60,941 nucleotides of DNA. Origin: a virus (taxonomy: Duplodnaviria; Caudoviricetes). Of this stretch, positions 15,665 to 23,212 are shown in pieces. Under the pieces are notes generated by a model that searched no databases, was not told the origin of the DNA, and saw only the letters and a list, made by a program, of their open reading frames with translations. The position numbers were made by a program, and so were the translations under genes. The stretch spans positions 1-60,941 of the IMG/VR virus record IMGVR_UViG_3300017759_000004; one strand, 5' to 3'. How positions within the stretch are numbered: position 1 is the stretch's first letter; each line of letters begins with the position of its first letter.

Positions 15665-15927
15665 AAGTAACATTTAATAGGGGAGACTATTATCAATCAA
15701 AAAATGATATAGGTTACATAGATTTCATATGTAATGATTATATTACTCTATGTGTTAGAGAGATACAAAGAGATAACGAACAGGCAAAAGGAAGCAGACT
15801 AAATTATATTCAAGTTAAGGTATTAGTATACAAAAATGAGTATGAAGCAATGACTAAATTAGAACAACCAAACAGATTTGCAAATAAGAGTAATAAGAAC
15901 TCTTTAACTTTGGATGATTGGAGTTAA
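15661..15927 (+). CDS. Hypothetical cyanophage protein
   Basis: G.IDFIC..YITLCVRE...VKVLVY motif; ATGA overlap. Confidence 0.7.
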   Translation: MKVTFNRGDYYQSKNDIGYIDFICNDYITLCVREIQRDNEQAKGSRLNYIQVKVLVYKNEYEAMTKLEQPNRFANKSNKNSLTLDDWS

Positions 15928-15933
15928 TTTAGC

Positions 15934-16074
15934 ATGCGGAAGTTCGATCACTATGTAATAAATAAGGACTTCACTATGGTATGGATAGTTGTTAAAGAAC
16001 TAACCTATTTTACTTGGGATTATGTTAGAAAAGATGGAAAATGGCATCTAGCGGATAATAACGAAAATATGTAA
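15934..16074 (+). CDS. Small hypothetical protein (not in ORF track)
   Basis: MRKFDHYVINKDFTMVW...NNENM* (46 aa), GGAG SD. Confidence 0.45.
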   Translation: MRKFDHYVINKDFTMVWIVVKELTYFTWDYVRKDGKWHLADNNENM

Positions 16075-16178
16075 ATAAATCTTATTAAGTGTTATATAGA
16101 TGGATTAATCTCTCAGGTTAATGTACTCTTAGCACGCAACTTACCGAGTGTCAAGTATATCAGAATATCGGAACATTC

Positions 16179-16208
16179 TTGACAATGTATAAAGAATTAT
16201 GGTACAAT
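16179..16208 (+). promoter_or_regulatory. sigma70-type promoter
   Basis: TTGACA (16179), 18 bp, TACAAT (16203) with TG extension. Confidence 0.65.
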
Positions 16209-16243
16209 ATGACTGTAAGGAATGAAAAGGTTAACTGTAACTT

Positions 16244-16462
16244 ATGACCCCTAAGTATAAAGAACTGTATGACAAGTATCCCCACTTAAGTAATAAACAG
16301 CAAATAGACTTATGCCAGTATTTGTTAGACACAGAGCAACACTTCTTCAGTACTGAAATAATGCAGAGGTGTATTTACTTCTTAGAGGAGGGATTATGCT
16401 ACTATGTGCCAGTTGAAGAAGTGGCACACACAGTGACCACAGAGGGGAAAGAAGTACTATAA
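16244..16462 (+). CDS. Small hypothetical protein
   Basis: 72 aa, Q.LLDT...C..F.EEGLCYYV motif; C-terminus reads through palindrome copy 12. Confidence 0.7.
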   Translation: MTPKYKELYDKYPHLSNKQQIDLCQYLLDTEQHFFSTEIMQRCIYFLEEGLCYYVPVEEVAHTVTTEGKEVL

Positions 16463-16463
16463 T
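16405..16463 (+). promoter_or_regulatory. Palindrome-type early promoter, copy 12
   Basis: TGTGCCAGTTGAAGAAGTGGCACA, 29 bp, TATAAT (16458). Confidence 0.85.
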
Positions 16464-16494
16464 AATAGTATAAACAAACAAAGGACATTCTAAA

Positions 16495-16731
16495 ATGAAC
16501 TTAACACCAGTATTTGCAAACGGTACAGAAGTAGAGACAGACACAGCAAGAGTATTTTTTTCCTACCGTACCCCAGTTGCTGCTTATATCTTTGGCAGAG
16601 GGTTCGTAAAAACTGAGCAGTTCTTCAGCGTTACCACTTCACGCCACATAAACAAATGGTTAAAAGATGGTCATTCTGATTTCCCAGAGTTCGAGACAAT
16701 TTCACAGAAGGAAATCGAAGCACTTGCCTAG
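16495..16731 (+). CDS. Conserved phage early protein
   Basis: N.TEV....VFFSY.TPVAA......S.TTSRHINKWL, a widespread phage family; AAGGA SD. Confidence 0.8.
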   Translation: MNLTPVFANGTEVETDTARVFFSYRTPVAAYIFGRGFVKTEQFFSVTTSRHINKWLKDGHSDFPEFETISQKEIEALA

Positions 16732-16760
16732 TTGACAAACATCTCACACGGTGCTATAAT
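16732..16760 (+). promoter_or_regulatory. Consensus sigma70 promoter
   Basis: TTGACA (16732), 17 bp, TATAAT (16755) with TG extension. Confidence 0.88.
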
Positions 16761-16787
16761 AAGAGGGAACAACAACCCTCTTTTTTT
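16761..16787 (+). terminator. Intrinsic terminator closing the early region
   Basis: AAGAGGG (16761-16767)/CCCTCTT (16776-16782), T run to 16787. Confidence 0.8.
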
Positions 16788-16789
16788 AT

Positions 16790-16925
16790 GGTCTAATCTC
16801 AGTCTCGCCAGTCTCAAGCACAGTCGCCCAGATCGCAGTCGTGGCGCGGGTTCTCGCGGGTCGTCGCGCCCCTAAATATAAAACGCTTAAGTCCCTAACC
16901 TACAAAGGTACCCGAAAGCGACCTA
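16790..16925. other. GC-rich non-coding island (candidate origin or structured RNA)
   Basis: CAGTC repeats at 16800, 16809, 16821, 16836; GGCGCG (16843)/CGCGCC (16865) inverted repeat; visibly far more GC-rich than the rest of the window. Confidence 0.5.
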
Positions 16926-16941
16926 CATATTATTCAGTATT

Positions 16942-17181
16942 ATGATTACCATAGAAAATAAAAAATTTCCCAGTAAAAAAATGAGACCTCTACCTATTGA
17001 CCAGGACTTGAGAACATGGGCACTTCAAACTCTTATCCGTAAGGAGGGGTTCCTAGATACGAAGATGTATACAGTTGCTGACTTGTATATTGGGTTGAAT
17101 AATGCTAAAAATCAGGATGTGCTATATACACTATGGAATGGATGGAAATCTAACCATCCGAACACTAGATACAAACTATAA
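16942..17181 (+). CDS. Hypothetical protein
   Basis: 79 aa; ATG 16981 is an alternative start. Confidence 0.6.
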   Translation: MITIENKKFPSKKMRPLPIDQDLRTWALQTLIRKEGFLDTKMYTVADLYIGLNNAKNQDVLYTLWNGWKSNHPNTRYKL

Positions 17182-17184
17182 CGT

Positions 17185-17349
17185 ATGTCAAAAAGATTCA
17201 CCACAAAACTCGACGAAGATGATTTTGGTGATCTAGTACTTACTATTCCTTACGAGATATGTGAAGACCTTGGATGGTATCGTGAAACTGAGTTAGAATA
17301 TGATATAATTGACGGTAAGATTATTTTTAAACAATCAGAGAATGAATGA
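17185..17349 (+). CDS. AbrB/MazE/SpoVT-like small DNA-binding protein (not in ORF track)
   Basis: MSKRFTTKLDEDDFGDLVLTIPYEICEDLGWYRETELEYDIIDGKIIFKQSENE*: G.L.LTIP.EI...LGW.....L......G.III swapped-hairpin signature. Confidence 0.75.
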   Translation: MSKRFTTKLDEDDFGDLVLTIPYEICEDLGWYRETELEYDIIDGKIIFKQSENE

Positions 17350-17563
17350 ACAGGAACTAGCACTTGCCCTTAACACTATTAATGAGTGTATGGTAGTTAT
17401 TGGTAAGAGATTAGAAGAAGTTGAGAAATATGTTTCTGAAATGCCAATACATGTGCATGATAAGTTACTTTATAAACCAACTAACCATTCAGATTACTTA
17501 AATATAAAGGAAAACTTCGATCTAATCTATAAACGATTGGATAAACTCGAAAATGGGATGTAA
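17342..17563 (+). CDS. Small coiled-coil hypothetical protein
   Basis: Start reassigned to ATG 17342; overlaps both neighbours; YKP....YLNIKE..D.IY.RL motif. Confidence 0.7.
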   Translation: MNEQELALALNTINECMVVIGKRLEEVEKYVSEMPIHVHDKLLYKPTNHSDYLNIKENFDLIYKRLDKLENGM

Positions 17564-20051
17564 AAGAAAAGATTACCTAGGTAATATTATTACCGATCCT
17601 TGTGCGGATACTGATGCATGTCTAAACTACGAACCTCTTCCTGCTGATAGGAAGATTAGTTTAACATACAGAGAGTATCCTACTGATATTATACGTCAAG
17701 TAGATGCAAATGTTCCGAATCGTACTGGACAAGCAGTCATGTACGATAGTATTCGTGTGTGTTTAACTCAGGGTAATGCTTCTTTTGGACAATCTGGGTT
17801 TGTTACTCCTTCAAGTGGTGCTAATTGTGGTAAAGTAACTCGTTCTGCAGTATGTGATCCTCCTTGTGATGATGGTGCTGTATTAATATACGACCATTTC
17901 CCTTCTCAGTTGTCATTTGATATACAGGGAAGTGATACTTGGTTCTCTTATTTGTATGATACTAGTAGCAATGCAGGTATTATTGGTACTCCTGCGTTTC
18001 ATTTAGAGAATGAAGAGCAGACAGTTACAGGTGGTGCTGATGATGGAAGTACGATTAGTAATACTAACTGCTTTCCTTGTAGCAATTTTACCTGTACCCC
18101 CGCTTCCACAGGGTGTGCGTATACTGTAGAGAGTGATATTGACTACACAGGTGATCCCGATTGCCCTCACCCAACCTTATTTGGTATTGGTACGAATAGT
18201 AATAAGATAGTATTTGAGTATGATTCCCTTTCGAGCATCATTCCTAATGGTGTTCTAGACCTCTCTGCGTCTTATGATGGGGTAACTTATAGTGATGCAT
18301 GGAATGAAGGAGAGGGAATAGGTATAATATATGACTCCACACAGAATACTTGGCAAGCAGGGGACGAGGCAGCAGGTACTTTTAACATCTATGAGTTGAA
18401 CTCTGGGTCAAAACAGGGTCTTAAGTTGAATGTCAAGGTCGAACCGATCATCGACGAGTCGGGATCCACAGTAGCATTCACTGGAACGAGGTGGCAAATA
18501 CAGGAAATCATGCAACCTGGCACAAATTATGCTGTGGACGACGTATTTTCGCTTACCCACGCTCATACACACCCCGATAACACGACAACCACGTTCACAC
18601 TGAACATCAAAGTGACTAGCGTAGGACCGATTTCTGGTCAGTCTGGTACAATCTCTGATGTTTTACGAACAGGTGACACTCTAAATGGTCATCAAATCAC
18701 TCAAGTAGTCCACGGACCGTCAATTGATAGCGATTATGATACATCAACAGGTCTTTTCCCTTACCATTTTGCTTATTTGGATGGGAATGGAAGCAATTTT
18801 ACTAAAGATACACAATATACAAGCAACAGAGCACACCAAGTTACAGTAAGAGCAGGTAAAGGCGTTGTAGATAGAGGATTTTTTGGTGGATTGTATGAGT
18901 TTAGTGAGAAATCTATACAATACACTATAGGAACAGTCGATAGAAATGCTCCAGACATATACAATACCTTAACTCAACCTAGTTGTACTGCTACAATCAC
19001 GAATGGAAGAGTCTCAAGTGTCTCAGTAGATACGAATGGAGGAGGTTCTGGGTGGGATACACTTGGAAGAATACCAGAATTGAGTATTACTGCACCAGTT
19101 ATAGCAACTGGAACACCTGCAGAGGTAGAAGGAACGTTTAGTAACGGAGTTTTGACTGCTGTTACTGTTAAAAATGGGGGAAGCGGATACTCTAGCACCA
19201 ATTTACCACAAGTTAGTATCGTAAATGTGCATAAAGTGCTCAATTCCGTAGCACCGAATGCTGCATTCTCGGAAAACCGCGTATCAGATGCTACATCTAT
19301 ACTTGATGCGTTCCCTGATCTTGGAAATGCGTTCCCAACGTACAGTCCAGAGGATCAACAACGCGATAGAGCAGCATTATCTGAGTCTGCGTCATTTCCT
19401 CCTGCACAAAGAGCGTTTGAAAACACTGCAGATAGCATAGAAATCAAAACTGACCCAAATAATAAGCGAATCCACGAACTTCCACAGTCTGCGTTCCATG
19501 CATCTGACTTAGAACAGTATAAAAATGAAATGAAAAACAATGCGGACTATTCTCAAGTCACATCTTATGACTTTGGAGACTCAAATGAGGCAAGAGAGTT
19601 TAAAAGATCAATTATTAAAGCACAACAAGATGAGAATGAAGCAGTTGAGTCATATATGGGTAGAATAACTCAAGATGGACCAATAGTAAAGAACTATGAT
19701 GAATCTTATATTGAAACTGCACAAGGACCCTTCTCTGAGTTACCATATGCATCGAACCTAACTAAATACTTCTTAAGGCAGTTTCGTCCTGATCCTAGAG
19801 TTGATACTAATATCACTGTAACTCTTAGTGTTAACGTAGCACAAGAAGGAACGAGTCATTTCAGTTGCCCTCAACCTCCTGCATCAACTAGAAGCGGATC
19901 AACTTTTAGTTTCCTTGGTGGAGTACAAGGTCCAGGATGTCAGAACTGGTCCGCATCAGGAAACATGATCATGTTGAATGATTTTACTTCCGCAACGAGG
20001 ACTTTGAGTAAAGCAACTGCTGCGTATGGTAATCCTTATCAAGTAACCTAA
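17553..20051 (+). CDS. Virion structural protein (baseplate hub/spike region), Cys-rich termini
   Basis: 832 aa directly upstream of PAAR and gp25; contains the V.V.NGGSGY repeats shared with other baseplate proteins here. Confidence 0.65.
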   Translation: MGCKRKDYLGNIITDPCADTDACLNYEPLPADRKISLTYREYPTDIIRQVDANVPNRTGQAVMYDSIRVCLTQGNASFGQSGFVTPSSGANCGKVTRSAVCDPPCDDGAVLIYDHFPSQLSFDIQGSDTWFSYLYDTSSNAGIIGTPAFHLENEEQTVTGGADDGSTISNTNCFPCSNFTCTPASTGCAYTVESDIDYTGDPDCPHPTLFGIGTNSNKIVFEYDSLSSIIPNGVLDLSASYDGVTYSDAWNEGEGIGIIYDSTQNTWQAGDEAAGTFNIYELNSGSKQGLKLNVKVEPIIDESGSTVAFTGTRWQIQEIMQPGTNYAVDDVFSLTHAHTHPDNTTTTFTLNIKVTSVGPISGQSGTISDVLRTGDTLNGHQITQVVHGPSIDSDYDTSTGLFPYHFAYLDGNGSNFTKDTQYTSNRAHQVTVRAGKGVVDRGFFGGLYEFSEKSIQYTIGTVDRNAPDIYNTLTQPSCTATITNGRVSSVSVDTNGGGSGWDTLGRIPELSITAPVIATGTPAEVEGTFSNGVLTAVTVKNGGSGYSSTNLPQVSIVNVHKVLNSVAPNAAFSENRVSDATSILDAFPDLGNAFPTYSPEDQQRDRAALSESASFPPAQRAFENTADSIEIKTDPNNKRIHELPQSAFHASDLEQYKNEMKNNADYSQVTSYDFGDSNEAREFKRSIIKAQQDENEAVESYMGRITQDGPIVKNYDESYIETAQGPFSELPYASNLTKYFLRQFRPDPRVDTNITVTLSVNVAQEGTSHFSCPQPPASTRSGSTFSFLGGVQGPGCQNWSASGNMIMLNDFTSATRTLSKATAAYGNPYQVT

Positions 20052-20623
20052 TGGCAAGCGGACATCAAGCATGTGCACTCTTTACAGGAACGTGTAGCGG
20101 ACACGGAAGAGGTAATGGTGTTACTTGGCAACCTGGTCCAGGTGGAGGATTTGTTAGTCCATGCCCTCATTCACCATTACAAGAGACGATTGTAAATAAA
20201 AGAGTTCCGTTTGTTAATAATTTTGCAACATGGCCACCACATCCCCAAAGACCTAGAGATCCTCAGTCTGGTGGGAACGATCCTTTTAATAGAACTGTAA
20301 TAGTAAACGACTTAGTACCAATTATTGATCAAGATGACTTAATAACTCATCCTACCCCCACGATGTTTACTACAATATCGATAGGGTTCAAATGTTTGAC
20401 TGTTAGATCGACTCCTGCATGGCATTGTACTACTGGTGTAGGTGGTAATGGTCGTGAACCTTCTGTTGGACATAATAGAAGGTTATTTGCAACGTGTAAA
20501 ACAGTTTTCATCGAAGGGATGAGAGCAGGGAGATTTGCAGACCCATTTGGGAATAATACTGTACCATTTGATTGTTTAAGTGTAGTTTCTGGATCAAGTC
20601 CCAATGTTTTCATCGGAAGTTGA
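20051..20623 (+). CDS. PAAR-like spike tip protein (T4 gp5.4-like) with insertions
   Basis: C.GHG...WPP...TVIVN...D.L.TH...H......TVFIEG..AGR.AD....C...V.GSSPNVFIG. Confidence 0.8.
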   Translation: MASGHQACALFTGTCSGHGRGNGVTWQPGPGGGFVSPCPHSPLQETIVNKRVPFVNNFATWPPHPQRPRDPQSGGNDPFNRTVIVNDLVPIIDQDDLITHPTPTMFTTISIGFKCLTVRSTPAWHCTTGVGGNGREPSVGHNRRLFATCKTVFIEGMRAGRFADPFGNNTVPFDCLSVVSGSSPNVFIGS

Positions 20624-20630
20624 ATAAATA
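20624..20630 (+). promoter_or_regulatory. Late promoter
   Basis: ATAAATA in the gap upstream of the gp25 operon. Confidence 0.65.
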
Positions 20631-20649
20631 AAACAGGATCGAGGTAATT

Positions 20650-20763
20650 ATGGTTGTAAAAGTAGACAAAAGCGAAGAATTTGTCAAAAGTGGCAAAGTC
20701 TTGATAAGTGAGTATCCTGCAAAAAAAGAAAAGGATGTAAAACCACTTAGTAAATGGCGTTAA
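20650..20763 (+). CDS. Small basic protein upstream of gp25 (not in ORF track)
   Basis: MVVKVDKSEEFVKSGKVLISEYPAKKEKDVKPLSKWR* (37 aa), GAGGT SD. Confidence 0.6.
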   Translation: MVVKVDKSEEFVKSGKVLISEYPAKKEKDVKPLSKWR

Positions 20764-21173
20764 AGAACATAGATGGTTCAGATTTTAAGCGTTCTCGTAG
20801 ATTCGACGACGTAAATATCTCTTTGCCTATAAATCCATTCACAAAAGACATTTATAGTGTCAAAAATGAGAATGCGATCAAGCAATCCATCAAAAATCTT
20901 GTTTTAACCGTTCCAGGTGAAAAACCTTTCCAACCTTTAGTTGGTTCTAGAGTAAATGAGTTACTTTTTGAACCATTAGACCCATTTATTGCTGATTCTA
21001 TCAAGGATGAGATAATAAATACCATCAAACAGAATGAACCAAGAGTAGATCTAACCGAAGTGACTGTTTTGCCCTTATATGAGCAGAATAAAATCAACGT
21101 ATCTGTTGAATATAGAATTGTTGGATTGCCTATCGTTGAATCCATCACATTCGTCTTACAGAGACCTGAGTAA
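20754..21173 (+). CDS. gp25: Baseplate wedge subunit gp25
   Basis: AIKQSIKNLVLT.PGEKPFQP..GS...LLFE...I...EPRV signature. Confidence 0.95.
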   Translation: MALKNIDGSDFKRSRRFDDVNISLPINPFTKDIYSVKNENAIKQSIKNLVLTVPGEKPFQPLVGSRVNELLFEPLDPFIADSIKDEIINTIKQNEPRVDLTEVTVLPLYEQNKINVSVEYRIVGLPIVESITFVLQRPE

Positions 21174-23206
21174 TGCAACCGAATAACCTAACAGCACTAG
21201 ACTTTGATGATGTCAAAGCAAGTATCAAATCATATTTAAGAACTCGTACAGAGTTTACTGATTATGACTTCGATGGATCCGCATTGTCATACATGATAGA
21301 CATGTTGGCATATAATACTTACTATTCATCATTCAATGCGAATATGTCATTGAACGAAGCATTCTTACCTTCTTCCACTGTTCGAGATAACGTTGTTAAT
21401 ATTGCCAAGTTAATGAACTACACTCCTAGAAGTGTAATATCAGCAAGAGCATCACTAAAATTAGATATACAGACAGTTCAGACAAATGGAGTATACCCTA
21501 GCACTGTTACTTTGAGAAAAGGTGCAGTTGCAACAGGTGGTAACTACGTTTGGAACATTTTAAGAGACACTACTGTAGAAGTTAGTCCTACAACAGGTAT
21601 TGGAACCTTTGCAGACCTTTGTGTATACGAAGGATCAGTTGTTACCTTCCAATACGTCGTAAATACATTCGCAAATCAAACATATACCATTCCTTCTGCT
21701 GAAGCAGACATTAATACACTTGCTGTAAGTGTAAGAGCAAACGAAACATCATCAGCATCAGATATTTACAATAGAGTTGACACTGTAACTAATCTAACTG
21801 CAGCAACAAGAGCATACTTCCTTTCAGAAGGTGAAGATATGCGTTTCAACGTTAGATTCGGTGATGATAGTGTTGGAAGAGCATTGAAAGATGGGGAAGT
21901 TGTAGTTTTAGAATATTTGGTCACTTCTGGGTTCAAAGCAAACGAAGTTAAGTTATTTAATTTTATCGGATCATTAACTGACTCATTAAGTCAGTCTTAT
22001 ACTGCATCATCGACTACTTTAACAGTCAACCACCGTGCACAACTTGGTAGTGCTGCAGAAAGTATAGAATCAATCAAATATAACGCACCAAGATACTATT
22101 CCTCACAGTATAGAGCAGTTACTGCACAAGACTATGCTTTAATCACTCAAAGGATCTATAATAACGCAGATTCTGTTGTTGCTTATGGTGGAGACAGTCT
22201 AAATCCTCCAGTTTACGGTAAAGTCTTTATTTCAATCAAAACAAAGACTGGATCCCTTCTAAATGACGCTACAAAGAAAGAAATAGCAGCAAACCTTAGG
22301 AAATATGCTATGGCGTCAATTGACCCTGTTGTAGTCGATCCTGATAACGTCTACATCTACACAAAAGTGTTTGCACTATACGATACTGGTGCAGGATCAT
22401 CATCATCTCAAATTAAGACGAATATTCAGAGTGCAATCAGTCAATGGGCAAGTCAAACACAAATAAACAACTTTAACTCAACATTTAGAGGTCAAGCATA
22501 CGAGAAAGCAATAACATTAGCAGATAATGCTATTTCTGACGTTTCTGTTCAAACAACTATTCTAAAATACATCAATCCTAATAGTAATCAGACTAATACC
22601 TATTGTATTAGTACTGGAGGAGAGTTATACAACTCTGCACCTAGTAAGGATGGTGATAATGGAACTTGTACAAAAGAACCAGTTATTTTATCTGGTACAT
22701 TCAGAACTGCAGACAGACCTGGTGTAGATCAACAGTTTGAGGACGATGGTTACGGAAACTTAAAGACATTTTATAATACAGGTAATAAAAAGGTATACAC
22801 TAACAGTACAGCAGGTACAGTAAACTATATGACAGGTGAAGTTTGCTTTGGACCTATTAATATTATCAGTACAGGATCTAACGTTCCATCTTCAGCAGCA
22901 GTTAACATTGTTGACAGTGTAACTGGTGCAGGAAGTGTTACTGATGAAACACTCCTTCCAGGGAATCTACAGATTCCAACTGTTATGATTCCTGCTAACA
23001 GTGGCACTATTCCTGCCTCAACACCAGGAACAATTATTAATATTATAAGTCCTGAGGTAACAGTATCACCTATTGGTACAACACCACCTCCTTCAATCCC
23101 TCTAAATAGTTTGACACCAACGACATTTGATAGTACACCGTCCGTAGTGGAAGTTGCACCGATAGATAATAGTGGTGGTCTAAACACCTCAGTCTGCTTC
23201 TCGTAA
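21173..23206 (+). CDS. gp6: Baseplate wedge subunit gp6
   Basis: LDFD..K.S...FTDYDFDGS...D.LAYNTYY; ESIESIKYNAP..Y..Q.RAVT..DY; GTVNY.TGEV. Confidence 0.95.
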   Translation: MQPNNLTALDFDDVKASIKSYLRTRTEFTDYDFDGSALSYMIDMLAYNTYYSSFNANMSLNEAFLPSSTVRDNVVNIAKLMNYTPRSVISARASLKLDIQTVQTNGVYPSTVTLRKGAVATGGNYVWNILRDTTVEVSPTTGIGTFADLCVYEGSVVTFQYVVNTFANQTYTIPSAEADINTLAVSVRANETSSASDIYNRVDTVTNLTAATRAYFLSEGEDMRFNVRFGDDSVGRALKDGEVVVLEYLVTSGFKANEVKLFNFIGSLTDSLSQSYTASSTTLTVNHRAQLGSAAESIESIKYNAPRYYSSQYRAVTAQDYALITQRIYNNADSVVAYGGDSLNPPVYGKVFISIKTKTGSLLNDATKKEIAANLRKYAMASIDPVVVDPDNVYIYTKVFALYDTGAGSSSSQIKTNIQSAISQWASQTQINNFNSTFRGQAYEKAITLADNAISDVSVQTTILKYINPNSNQTNTYCISTGGELYNSAPSKDGDNGTCTKEPVILSGTFRTADRPGVDQQFEDDGYGNLKTFYNTGNKKVYTNSTAGTVNYMTGEVCFGPINIISTGSNVPSSAAVNIVDSVTGAGSVTDETLLPGNLQIPTVMIPANSGTIPASTPGTIINIISPEVTVSPIGTTPPPSIPLNSLTPTTFDSTPSVVEVAPIDNSGGLNTSVCFS

Positions 23207-23212
23207 CTGTAA

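Larger units (their letters stand above)
4983..16463 (+). repeat. Dispersed family of 12 palindrome + promoter elements
   Basis: 24-bp 10-4-10 palindromes at 4983, 6332, 9036, 9528, 10380, 11041, 12044, 12793, 13314, 13558, 14666 and 16405; each followed 28-32 bp later by TATAAT (TATATT at 9090). Confidence 0.92.

Noticed and set aside
4983-16428. CRISPR array interpretation of the 24-bp palindromic repeats
   Set aside because: Repeats are degenerate, spaced about 240-2700 bp apart by ORFs, tied to -10 boxes, and no cas genes are present.
4983-16428. Canonical CRP or NtcA sites
   Set aside because: Half-sites resemble TGTGA/TCACA but are 14 bp apart rather than 6; no GTA-N8-TAC pattern.
489-16544. 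Minus-strand ORFs in the accessory region (e.g. 6830-7342, 7987-8502, 9198-9443, 9377-9799)
   Set aside because: They overlap better-supported + genes or the structured RNA candidates and show no motifs.
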